Source: Eledone cirrhosa (lineage: Eukaryota). Taken from it: DNA of 64,000 nucleotides. Both the position numbers and the translations under genes were made by a program. The notes below the pieces were generated by a model that was not told where the DNA came from, searched no databases, and was given only the letters and a program-made list of their open reading frames with translations. The stretch is taken from contig OZ024745.1 of the NCBI GenBank assembly GCA_964016885.1, forward strand, positions 105,524,001 through 105,588,000. The letters run 5' to 3'. This document shows positions 32,020 through 43,925 of this stretch, piece by piece. The stretch's first letter is position 1. Each line of letters starts with the position of its first letter.

Positions 32020-35000
32020 AAATAGGGAGAAAGAGACGATTATGAGGAAGAACAAATTTTTTTTTTCATTTTTTTTGTCTCTCTCTTTTTTCTGGGTTAG
32101 AAAATGATTAAAACGAAATGTTTTACTTTGTGTGAAGTGTTAAGGTATTAGTTGATTTATTTATTATTTAACAATGGCATTTATTTATCTATTTATATAT
32201 TTAATTATTGTCTATTACCGGTTTCTGCATTTATATGCATTATCAAATGATAGTGAAATGTATTAGTGTGGTGTCGCACATGTTAAACAGAAGGTGCAGA
32301 AAGAATAATGTTATATACAAACAAGGTTTAAGAAGTGAAAAGAAAAAAGAAAAAGGAAAAAAAAAACGTGCATAATGTGGAACGTAAAAAGTCAATGTGG
32401 AAGAAAAGTTAATGTTATTTTCAAGCACAGTCATTGAAGTTAAGCAGTTCAAAATGTGTTAATATCGCAAGAGTGTTTAGTTGAACGATGGTTCCGTGAA
32501 GGAGGCAAATGGTGGACTGTGGTTTGATATGATTTCCCTTTTTAGAGAGTTGATATGCAGGGGGAAGCAATTCTTGCTGGGTGATATTTAATTAATTTAA
32601 GAAAAAGGATTAGGTAGGGTGTGAGGGAGGTAACTCTTGTAAATATTTGATGGTTTGTTGCAGTTTTAGAAAGGTGCGAATTTCAGGGCATTGAGTACTG
32701 GTTGAAATTTATTAATGAAATGTGTTTCCTTATTGGTGCGTTGGATGAAAGTAGCGTTGTCTATGAATTTGTAAATGGGGAAAATTTTAAAGTTTGGATG
32801 TTGGTTGAGAGCACAATTGGCGATATGTTCACTAAATGCAATATTTCTGTATTCCTATATTTTAATTTGTGATTTGTGGACGGTCATACGTTGACGGAGG
32901 CTGTGTTTTGTCTGTCCTATATAGTGCTCTAGACAACCTGAGCAAGTCAAAACATAGATAAGGTTTTCAGATGCACATGTAAAGTTGTGTTTAACTGTGA
33001 AACGTTGTCCTTGTTTAAAATGGAATGTTGAACCTTCTATTAGATTTATGCATATGCCACAGTTGGGCCTTCCGCATTTTGTTACTGTAGGGTTTATTGG
33101 GAAGGTTTGTTGTATTTTGGCTTGTGTGAGGATGTTTTTTATGGATTTGGGTTGTCTTTTGCTCTTTATGATGTTGTGTGTTTGGAGGATATTGTTCATT
33201 CTTGGGTCTCTTTTTAGTTTGCGGTTCATTCCTCGGTTTGGGGTGTCTGAGTTCCTGGATGTCTAGTTTTAAGGCACGTTGGAATCCATTGGTGATTAGG
33301 GATGGTGGGTAGTTTCTGCTGATAAGTGTGTTTTTTTAATTTTTCTAGTCGTGTGTAGCATGTGTATTTATCTGAAACTATTGTACAGATCCTTCTGGCT
33401 AAGTTATAAGGAATTGCCATTTTGGTGTGTCTAGGGTGGCACGAGTTGAATGAAAGGTATTGTTTGGAGTCTGTGGGTTTGTAGTATATGTCTGTTTCTA
33501 TTTTGTTGCTTGTTTTCTTGATGAGGATGTCGAGGAAAGGGAGTTGTTCATGGCTGTAATCCATTGTGAATTGTAAGTTTGTGTTGAGTCTATTCAGAAG
33601 GGTTTTGAACTCAAACAGTCTATCTATACTTTCATGCCAGAGGATGAAGCAGTCGTCCAGATATCTCTTCCAGTTCTTTTCTATGTGTTGGTAGAAGTGG
33701 TTGCCGTATTTGTCTAGAACTTTGCGGTAGAGAATGGTTTCCAAATATCCCATGACAAAGTTGGCGTATGAGGGGGCCACTTTCGTGCCCATGGCAGTCC
33801 CAGATTTCTGTCTGTAGTATTTGGCATTGAATTCGAAGAAATTGTTTTACAAGATGAATTTGAGTCCCTCCAACACAAATTCTTTAGGGATGCGCTGTGG
33901 GAGTTCACTAGGGAAATTTTCCATCCAGAATTGTATTGCCTCTATACATAGGTTGTGTGAGATATTGGAATATAAATTGATGACATCAAAGGTTACTAGT
34001 AGGGTATGTTGGTTATTGAGTGTTGTTGGGAAGTGGTTGAGCATGTCAAGGTCGTCCCTTATGAAGCTTTTTATGTGTTTAGGAAAGGTTTAAGCAGAAT
34101 ATCTAGGAAGTTGCTTAGGCGGTGGGTTTCACATGTGGTGCCTGTTATTATGGGTCTTAATTTATACATCAGGAGGGGCTATATTGATGTAAACGTCTGC
34201 GGCTTGCTTGCAGGCCCTGCCTATTACTTCGCTTTCGTGTGTCTTGGGGATACCGTAGAAGAGGTTGGTTCTGCTTTTGAAATTGGTGATGTAGTTGTAT
34301 ACCTTGTCTGTAAGGCCTTCTTTGTAAAGGGTTGTTTAGGGATTTTAGGTTTCTCATTATTTTCTGTTGTGTGTAGTGTTGGGCCTTTTCATAATATATT
34401 TGGTTTTCTAGAGTTGAGAGTACTAGAGTTGTGTAATAATCTGTCTCCATAAGCACTACTGCACTCCCTTTATCTGCCTCTTTGATTGTTAGGGTTTTGT
34501 CGTTTGTTAGACTGTTAAGACCATTCCATTATCTTTTGCTTAGGTTTGGTTTTTGTTTATGTCTGTGTAGGTGGTGGTATGGGTAATTAGTAATGTGTTC
34601 CCAGAATTGATCGAGGAATTTATTCTTGCATTTTGGTGGGGTGTAGTTGCTTCTATTTCTGACTATTGAGTCATCCTCATTGTATTTGTTGTATAGTTGT
34701 TCGCTGAGTCTTAGTTTTCTACAGAATTCTGCAATATCTTCCTTCATTTCGGAGTAGTTTGGTTGTTGGGGAGTTGGTGTAAGTTTTAGACCTTTGGAGA
34801 GTATGTTAATTTGGTCTGTTATTAATTCTTTGGAGGTTAAATTGACAATTTTTATTGCATTTTGTGTCTCCTGTGTGTTTTGTGTTATCTTGTGATCCTG
34901 TGTCTGTGTGCTGTGTCTAAAAAATGATTACGGAAGTTGTGGTGGCTGTTGAAGTTTGGATGTCTCTTATAGTTGTATTGGTTTCTGCTGTTGTTGTAAG

Positions 35001-35160
35001 ATGGTGTGTAGCTGTGGTGGTTGTTGAGTTTAGGTTGTATAGCGTGATTTTATTGAGCCCTGCTGATGTTGTTGTAGGGTGTGTAGTTTTGAAGGACGTG
35101 GTTATAGGGTGTGAAGTTGTGGTGGTTGTTGAAGTTGTGTTGTAACGTGTTGTTGTGTTG
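32020..35160 (-). mobile_element. Near-complete decayed Penelope-like element (Neptune/Poseidon-type; RT plus C-terminal GIY-YIG)
   Basis: IVNLTSKEL..LSKGLKLTPTP; KEADKG; TFDVINLYSNI; MGTKVAPSYAN; RYLDDCF; PFLD..IYYKPT; CGRPNCGIC; LIYVLTCSGC..YIGQT; several frameshifts; 3' end runs into (TA)n. Confidence 0.92.
32212..32253 (-). ncRNA. Hammerhead-like motif in the PLE 3'UTR (UUGAUAA core variant)
   Basis: Reverse complement reads TTGATAA TGCAT ATAA ATGCA GAA ACCGGT A ATAG; stem I weak. Confidence 0.6.
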
Positions 35161-35161
35161 A

Positions 35162-36550
35162 GACTACCCAAGCAAACACTTCAACCATCGATTAACTGTA
35201 CTAGACACAGAGCTCTGGTTAGAAACCATTAATAACAAAAAACAAATCCTCCATTCCCATTATGCAAAACCCATGACTTCCAAATATCTGATCCACCGAA
35301 ACTCAGCTGTTTCGGACCGAACCAAAATCAACATACTGATTGCGGACTTGATACGGGTGATGCGAAACGTGTCCCGCATGTGCAACCCCAAAGAACTAGA
35401 GAGACACATACAACACTTCATCCACCATATGCAGTTCTCTGGTTACAATCAGAGAGATAAAATCAGAATATATAGAGGAGCCAGAACCAAATTGGAAAAA
35501 ATGGTAAATAATGATACAAATGGGACCTGCCCCTTGTATAGGAGCAAATTTTGGAATAGAATAGAAAGAACTAGGAATAAGGTTAATAGAATAAACTCAT
35601 GGTATGATAGCAATACATACCAGAGTGTAATGTTCATCAATACAACCCCTAGAGGTGAATTAGCTTACAAATTTAGAAGGGCCCTAGATAAACATAAACT
35701 CAATATTAAGGTAGTAGAAAGACCAGGTATCTCCATAAAAACACTTATTAGCAATACATACCATTTTCAAAGATCTCCCTGTATAGATAAGAAATGTATA
35801 ATCTGTAAACTAAGCCCCCATATTAACTGTAAAACTAGAAATGTAGTATATAGCATAATATGTTCTGAAGGACAATGTAGAGATAAGAATACAGTGTACA
35901 TAGGTGAGGCAGCTTATAGTATAGGAGAACAGATAAATGAACACTGGCGAGAGCTTCACGATAGAAAAGAATCATCAATACTCCACCAACATGCTAAAAT
36001 AGAACATAAGGGTAAATTAGAGAACATAGAAATAAAAATATAATCTACACACAGAAAAGACGTAATGTTTAGACAAATCACAGAAGCAATAAACATAAAT
36101 AAACTATAACCAAAATTAAATAGAAGACATGAATGGAATAGCAACATCACAACTTACAATTAAGGACAACATGAAAACACATACGCACATAGAACAAACA
36201 ACCAACCAGTAACATGTAAATAAACAAATATAAACACACACAGACATCCGGATGTAACACATGCGCAAACTAAGCACACAACACACACAAAAACAAGATG
36301 GCGTAGGACAGAACAAAGGAGAGGCACAAAAACAAAGAAAAGAATCCCGATTCACTGAAGAGGTCACAGAATGTGTGACGAAAGAACTTTGACAATATAT
36401 GAACAACCGTCCGGTTGTGGAACCAACCATCCAACCGGAAATTTATAAATTCTTAAATTTATAAATTTAATTTATAATAAATTGGAGTGAAAGCAACTGG
36501 TGCGTGTGTTTCTTATTAGCAACATGACCCTCCCAAAGCATAACAATATA
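35162..36550 (+). mobile_element. 5'-truncated Penelope-like element, probably Naiad-like (RT thumb, GIY-YIG with CCHH, pseudo-LTR)
   Basis: DYPSKH..LTVLD..W..HYAKPMTS..SA..K; CIDKKCIIC; VVYSIICSEGQC..YIGE..HAKIEH; beyond a TAA stop RQITEA..LNRRHEW; HHR at 36352; ends in (TA)n. Confidence 0.85.
36352..36392 (+). ncRNA. Hammerhead motif in the pseudo-LTR of the Naiad-like PLE
   Basis: TCA CTGAAGA G GTCAC AGAATGT GTGAC GAA AG AA CT T TGA. Confidence 0.7.
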
Positions 36551-36774
36551 TATATATATATTGTTATACTTTAGGAGCGACATTCTGCCAATAAAAAACA
36601 CACGCACCTTTGCTTTGGTTTACCTTGTTTTACAGTTAATTTCTATGCTTAACCTTCAGACTATACATTTTCTATCAGTGACTGTAATCTTTACACTGTA
36701 GCTATGCTGGGGTACCTCAAATACATTTTTGAATATATTTTAAAATTTCGTACCGGCAACGTTTAAGGTATTTA

Positions 36775-37145
36775 AGCGGCTGAAATGGGGTTCTTCCCAA
36801 GGGTTTTGGAGTAAGTTTACTCGATAAAGTGCGTAGCTCGGAGAACAGAAAGTCACTTCAGGTCGAGCCGCTACTTCTACGAATTGAGAGATCACAGCTC
36901 CAATACTATGGGCATGTGGTTAGAATGTCTCAGGAAAGAATAGCTGGATATATTTTACGGGCGAAACCAACGAGTAGGGGGCACAGGGGTAGATCCCGAG
37001 CAAGACGGTTGGATAACATCCATGAGCTTGGCTGGTTATGGATAAGTTAGAGACGGTTGCTTCTAATAGGACCCGCAGGGAGTGTTTATGGACTCTCCCC
37101 ACATGACCCTCTCAGGAATAAATGGGTGAAGAAAAAAAGAAGAGA
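36775..37145 (+). mobile_element. RTE LINE 3' fragment
   Basis: QLQYYGHVVRMSQERIA..ILRAKP..RGRSRARRLD; GAA-rich tail. Confidence 0.85.
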
Positions 37146-37595
37146 TGGATCAGATGCTCAGTAGAAACCATTGTAATATCGTGTTACACGTTTTATACAG
37201 TTATGTTATAAAAATATGTCAAACCTATACCAATGATCAATATTATTCTAGCTACTGGTAGATACATAATGTGTATTAGTTGAGGTGGTATATGAATAAA
37301 AAGCCTATTGGTACTAACTACAGCGAAGCTATTGACACTTGGACAATGGAATATGCGTGAGTAAATTTGGGTTTCACAGAAAGTCGTTGGGAAAATGTCA
37401 GTTATCCAAATTATAATATGTTCAGAAGTTAATTTCTATTTATCTATAATATAATATCTAGCATTGTTAGGTTAATTGCGTGACATGTATATGTTTATTA
37501 ATTTTCGGTTATAAACGAAGCATGTTTAGATCCGATACATTGTGTGAAATGTAGTGTGTTAATAATGAAATTTAAGAATTTAAATTTAGAGCCTA

Positions 37596-37977
37596 CTAGA
37601 CCACCCGTGACGCAACGGGTCATATGTAGTCTAATTGCTACCTCTCTTAATGTTTCTTTTCATGTTATCTCGTCGGAATTAATATTTTCATATATTTATG
37701 CTGTTACACTTTGTTCAAAAGAAGGCTTTTGATGACAATCCTTTCGTCTTTCACGATCTGACTGGTTATCACGGAGCTGTTGGATATTTATGAAGGCATC
37801 CGGAAAAACCCAATATCTCGGGAACCCGTGTTCCGATTTACGCGAAACTTATTTTATTCCATTTGTATTCCCATTTCAGAGGCAAATACCTTTCAAAGTA
37901 TTTTTCCATTATGCGCTGTTTTGGTTGTATTAAATTACAAACAAGCACACAATCACATAGTTTTAGTAGTATATAGA
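37596..37977 (-). mobile_element. Non-autonomous Helitron
   Basis: Minus strand reads 5'-TC...CTAG-3' between A and T, with subterminal hairpin ACCCGTTGCGTCACGGGT. Confidence 0.75.
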
Positions 37978-39199
37978 TAGATAACATTTGGACTTACACG
38001 TTGATATTTAAAAAAGTTTAAAAAAAATGCATTCAAATTATGACTGAATGCGTTATACTATGACATATGTATATTTTCGAGTTAGTATATAATGCTAAAA
38101 ATGTGAATTGATTAAGAATATTTTAGAGTTACTTTGATAGTATATTACCAAAACGATGTATATTATGAGTTTGACCTATCACTACAGACTTTCCGATTAG
38201 GTCAATTCAGTGTTCTTAGTAAGACAGTAGGAATGTACATTGATCTCAAATTAAAGTGTAATATATTATCATTACTTCAAACACATCCATATTAATTTAA
38301 TATGACGATTTCGAACCTACATGAAATATAACTGATTTATAAATATAATGTTCCTCTACTTGTAGCGCATAATTCAATAATCTAATCAATCATTTTACAA
38401 CATGAGTCCAACGGCATACCATACATCCGTTTCCTAACTTAATACTAAAACTTATTAAAACTATCCTTCACCTTAATTTCACTATTTTACCGCATATTTT
38501 CTTTTACATTTTTTTATATTTATTATATTTAATGTTATCATTTTATTTTATATCTTGAAAATATATATACAGCCTAGCATAATACATTCAATTAAAACAC
38601 TATATAAGAATATGAACCCATTATTCAATTTTCGACTTACGACGTTCAAGGTCGAATCTCATATTGCAAAATAAAATAAAACATGTAAATTTTAAATTTA
38701 ATGCATTATCATTATGTCAAGCGCATTTTTATTAATTTAACGTGAAGCTTTCGAAACTACATGAATTATAAATAAATTCAACAAATCAAATTCAGTATCA
38801 GTCTTAATGCTTCTTGCTCTACTATCTGCCTTACTACACAAAGTGTATTGTTTTTATTTAAACGTTTAGAAAGGTAAGCCAAACGCACACTATATACTGT
38901 TTTCGTAACATCATATTAAAGTAACGAAATATATTTCTAATTGTAATTTTAGTTCTTAATGTATATTATTACTGTATTTTTGTATTTTCTATTATTAAAT
39001 TCCCAGTGGTCATATTGCACTCGATCACTAACTCAACTATTTCTATAGTCCCGCATACTTGCGCTTCATAGCAGTTGGCTCAATGCTGGGTGCATCCTTT
39101 CCCGTGAAAGACTTGATTTTCTCCCCTCTGTTTTCTAGCTACTCTTCTCACTAGGCAATCCTGTTGGGAATGTCTGTTTAGTCATCGATGAAACAAATA

Positions 39200-39686
39200 A
39201 GCAGCAAGTTGTTTCTGATTATATGATGCCTGTGTGAGATGCGCGATGCTGCATGGTAGTGAGACATGGGCGGCAACTGCAGAGGATATGCGGTGGCTGG
39301 AGAGAAATGAAGCAAGCATGTCCCGTTGGATGTGCAATGTCAATGTGCGTGAAGGACCAAGCATGGACGAGTTGAGAAAGAAACTGGGTATAAGAGGGAT
39401 AAGTTGTGGTGTGCAGGAGAGAAGCCTGAGATGGTATGGACATGTGATGCACATGGAGGATGACCGATGGGTGAAGAAGTGCCAGTAAATCCCAGTGGAG
39501 GGAAGACACAGTACAGGTAGACCACGTAAAACATGGGCGGAGGTGGTGAGAGCAGACCTCAGATCGCTGAAACTCACCGAGGAGATGACGAAGGACCGTG
39601 ACAAGTGGAGAGATGGTGTGCTGAATAGGACCCATCCGACCCTTGCAAGCAGGGAAAAGCGGACGTAAAATGATGATGATGATGAT
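39200..39686 (+). mobile_element. RTE LINE 3' fragment
   Basis: MLHGSETWA...LRWYGHVMHMEDDRWVKKC..GRPRKTW; (TGA)n tail; a tail-only copy lies at ~7180-7216. Confidence 0.9.
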
Positions 39687-39777
39687 ATATATATATATAT
39701 TTAAAGGTTAAACAAGGTTCAATGAATAAATCAATGAATAAAGTTTTACAATAGATTAGAAGCTCTCCACAGTAATG

Positions 39778-39945
39778 GTTTTCCGGAGTTATTAATATTC
39801 ATTCAAAATATTAACAAATATAGACATTCGTGTGATCAAGTATATTTTATTATACATATTTCAGTACCTCTGACATATGTATAATAAAATATACTTGATC
39901 ACACGAATGTCTATATTTGTTAATATTTAGAATTAATATATAAAT
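39778..39945. mobile_element. Fold-back pseudo-LTR remnant (same family as 11812-12112)
   Basis: Palindrome centred at ~39867; retains only the HHR 3' half GAAATATGTATAATAAAATATA. Confidence 0.7.
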
Positions 39946-40067
39946 ATATATATATATATATATGAATGTATATATAGTGTATTTTGCAATACACCGTGTG
40001 CTTAATTAAAAGCATTTCGAAGACCTTACGCTATTGTTTTAGAGTAGTGACAGTCCCACTTACTTTA

Positions 40068-40162
40068 AATTTTCAGCAAACAGGGGAGATAAATGTGACA
40101 GAGCTCTGTTTCGTACTGATTGGTATTTATCAAAGCCAAGTACTCCACCTGTTTGCTGAATT
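40068..40162 (-). ncRNA. Hammerhead variant with extended stem I, copy 1
   Basis: Reverse complement reads TTCAGCAAACAGG..TTGATAA ATAC CAATCA GTAC GAA ACAGAGCTCTGT C..CCTGTTTGCTGAA. Confidence 0.65.
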
Positions 40163-40464
40163 CTAGTAATAATCAGGAACTGATTATACAGAGGGGTTGC
40201 CGGTCAAGCAGAAATTGAAAATTAGAATTGGTGCTCCGAAATAGCGATATATATATGAATGTATATATAGTGTATTTTGCAATACACTGTATGATTAATT
40301 TATATATATATATATATATATATAATTAGAAATTGGTGCTCTGAAATAGCGATACATATATGAATGTATATATAGTGTATTTTGCAATACATTGTATGCT
40401 TAATTAAAAGCATTTTGAAGACCATACGCTATTGTTTTAAAGTAGCGACAATATCGCTTACTTA

Positions 40465-40559
40465 AATTTTCAGCAGACAGGGGGAGATAAGTTGACAGCG
40501 CTGTTTCGGACTAATTGGTACTTGTCAAAACTCAGTACTCTCCCCGTCTGCCGAAAATT
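40465..40559 (-). ncRNA. Hammerhead variant, copy 2
   Basis: Reverse complement reads GAGTT TTGACAA GTAC..GTCC GAA ACAGCGCTGT C AACTT; GUC triplet. Confidence 0.65.
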
Positions 40560-40620
40560 ATGTGTGTTTGATTCTTATATTCTGATTGTTACTGGAATTC
40601 TATAAGAATCCAATACACAT

Positions 40621-40715
40621 AATTTTCGGCAGATGGGGAGAGTACTGAGTTTTGAAAAGTACCAATTAGTCCGAAACAGCGCTGTCAACTTATCTCCTCC
40701 TGTCTGCCGAAAATT
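40621..40715 (+). ncRNA. Hammerhead variant, copy 3 (inverted)
   Basis: TTTTCGGCAGATGG..GAGTT TTGAAAA..CC GAA ACAGCGCTGT C AACTT..CTGTCTGCCGAAAA. Confidence 0.6.
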
Positions 40716-41891
40716 TAAGTAAGCGACAATGTCGGTACTTTAAATTCAATAACGGTGAATTTCCATCATAGGTAAAGTTAGGGCTTCTATATAGACCACA
40801 TCTTAAACAAAAAATTTGAGGCAATTTCGGCTTGTAAACATAAATTGCACAAAACTTTCCTGTATTACAGCCCCACGTTATACCCTAACGGATAGCACGA
40901 TCTATACGTGGATATTTTACGTCTTGATATGGGAGCTAAGTATATGTTTTGTCTATTCCTTTACTTATTTGCATAGGTAAGTATATATTACCCGTATGTT
41001 TTGTGATGGTATGTATACCTTCTCGTACGTATATTTGACTGTTATAGCGTATGATTTTTACATATTCTGGTATTTAGGGTTTGGCTATGTGTATACGGGA
41101 GTTTTGCGTCCGCGTGAGTGTGCAAGTTCGTACGTATGGTGGGTGTGTGTATATGTGTACTTCTTGTTTTAGTTGACTTACGTCTCCGAACATTTGTGTA
41201 TTTATATGTAGGTATGCGTGTGCGCTTGTTATATACGTATTTATTTACTTATATACGTTTATATAATTATCAATTTATTTGTACACAAGCATACACACAC
41301 ACACATATTTATATGTGCGTGGTTTTGTATACCCATGGTAAGGTTTTGCGTATGCTTGTGAATGTACGTATCTGTTTGCGTGTATTTATTTATTTGTTTC
41401 TATTACTTCTGTATTGTATTTATTTACTTTGTTCTTAACTCTGTAGCGGAGATTCATTTGGTCTCCTAGTTAGAATTTTAGTCTACGATTTCTGCTATAC
41501 CATTTACGTGGTTTTGTCTTTGCGTGCTATTGTTCTCCACGCTCCACATATGACTTATTATCGTCGTTTTTTCGTTCATTGCCAGAAGACGTCTCTATGC
41601 ACCACCTAAGAGAACATTAGTCTACGACCTCTTTTATACCATAAACGTGGTTTCGTCTTTGCGCGTAATTGTTTTTCACCGCTCCTATTAATGACGTATT
41701 ATTCGTTTTTTCCCGTTCTTTGCCAGCGAACGTTACCACGAACCAAAGTATCGTCTTCCTGTCTTCCTCCGGTTGCAACGTTTTTTTGAAATATCCAGTT
41801 CTGCGTTTACAGATTGACTTTGTTAGTTTCAGAAGATCCCGTTAAGGGTGAAAGCAGCGATTCTTTGCTTAAACTTTAATCTGTTATTTTA

Positions 41892-41931
<40 letters not shown>

Positions 41932-41935
<4 letters not shown>

Positions 41936-42437
41936 CTGAAATTGTCTCTGTGTGTGTGTGTCCTAATTTTTGCAAAGTCTATACAAATCCACATTTCTAC
42001 TTATAAAAATATCAATCTGTGAACGCAGAAGTAAATATTTCGAAAAACGCTGCAAGCGAAGGAAAACAGGAAGACGATACTTTGGTTCGTGAAGACAATG
42101 AACGGAAATTAGCGAAGATAATACGTCACCAATGAGAACAATGTTTGTCATAATGTCGTAATGCAGACAGACAGCCAGGCATACAGACAGATATTATAAG
42201 GGCGCGACGTTATAGCTATGTATCTATCTAAAAAGACAGACTAAGAAAGACAGAGAGATCGATAACCGGCGCCTAACTCCCCTTTAACAGCAGAAAATTG
42301 AAAAATAATGGCCGCAGTTAATATCTTTAGACAGCAAGGAATACATAAATGCAAGTTTGAAGTGAATCGGAGTAGAAATCTGGATTTGTATAGACTTTGC
42401 AAAAATTAGGACACACACACACAGAGACAATTTCAGT

Positions 42438-42441
<4 letters not shown>
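41932..42441. mobile_element. MITE-like element with ~70-bp inverted termini between TA tracts
   Basis: ataactgaaattgtctctg...atttctact and its reverse complement at 42371-42441. Confidence 0.7.
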
Positions 42442-42468
<27 letters not shown>

Positions 42469-42764
42469 GCCCTAACTTTACCTTTGATGAAAATTGTGTT
42501 CTTAAGATGCTTATTACGAAAATCGATGAATGGTAATTTTTACTAATGACTAAGATCGATAGTTTGCGTATTTCTTTATTTCCAGAAAGATCTGTCTACG
42601 GCACTATAGGTTTGATACCATCTTGAAGTAAGTATATTTACTTACATATTAATTGTTCTGTATATATGTACAAAATAGTAGTAGTTTCGCAATTAATATA
42701 GATCTTGTTATACATCGTTTAAACATGTTATACATTATATATACGTGTGTGTGTTTGTGTGTGC

Positions 42765-43078
42765 AGACGCGTGACTTTGTGGTGAAGGTATTCGGCTCAC
42801 AATCGAAAGCGCCCAAGTTCGATTCCCGGCAGCGCGTTGCGCTTTTGATTAAGACACTTTATTTCACGTTCCTCTAGTTGATTCAACTGGCAAAAGTGAG
42901 TTGTACCTATAATATCGAAGGGCCAGTCTCATCACATCCTGTGTCGGGCGGTATTTCTCTGAGAACTACATTAAGTGTTCGGAATACTCAGCCACATGCA
43001 CGTCCATTTCACGAACAGGCTGGCTGTTCCGTTCATCGGATTAATTGGAATACTCGTCGTCGTAACCGACGGAGTGGT
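42765..43078 (+). mobile_element. SINE family B
   Basis: GTTCGATTCC B-box, AAGACACTTTATTTCAC, 3' CTCGTCGTCGTAACCGAC. Confidence 0.8.
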
Positions 43079-43083
43079 AGTTA

Positions 43084-43137
<54 letters not shown>

Positions 43138-43286
43138 CGGTGTGTGTGTGTGTGTGGTGTGTGTGTGTGTATAGATATGTATGTGTGTGTGTGTGTATAG
43201 ATATATATATGTGTGTGTGTGTGTGTGTGTATAGATATGTGTGTGTGTGTGTGTATAGATATGTGTGTGTGTGTGTGTGTGTATAG

Positions 43287-43320
<34 letters not shown>

Positions 43321-43416
43321 ATAGATATATAGATATATGTGTACACATACACATATATAGGTGTAAACATATACATATATGTGTACATAAACATATATAT
43401 GTGTACATACACACAC

Positions 43417-43503
<87 letters not shown>

Positions 43504-43856
43504 CAGCTTGAATACTATATCATACCTGTAAGGAAAACATATTTATTTGATGTGAGATCAGAAGATTTAAAATTTGAGTATAGATATATATTTAGTCGAG
43601 AAATATGATATTTCAGTAGAGTATGAATATTGCTAGGAGAGTTGCAGAATAGACGCAGTTGGGTGTGTGTTTGTAGGAAAGCAATAGGCCGGAAGCACAT
43701 GGCTATGCATTACTTTCGACGTGACCTGCAATACATTTATATACAATTGTCCTTGATATGTAAACAGTATCTTGAATAAGGTCTGTGTTGGTCTTAGCTG
43801 TCGGAGTCTCTGGTCAAAATAGGAACATTTTTTCTTTCACAGCTTTATATTTCTAA

Positions 43857-43925
<69 letters not shown>

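Noticed and set aside
36041-36115. In-frame stops in the Naiad-like ORF as possible selenocysteine recoding
   Set aside because: The stops are TAA, not TGA; simple decay
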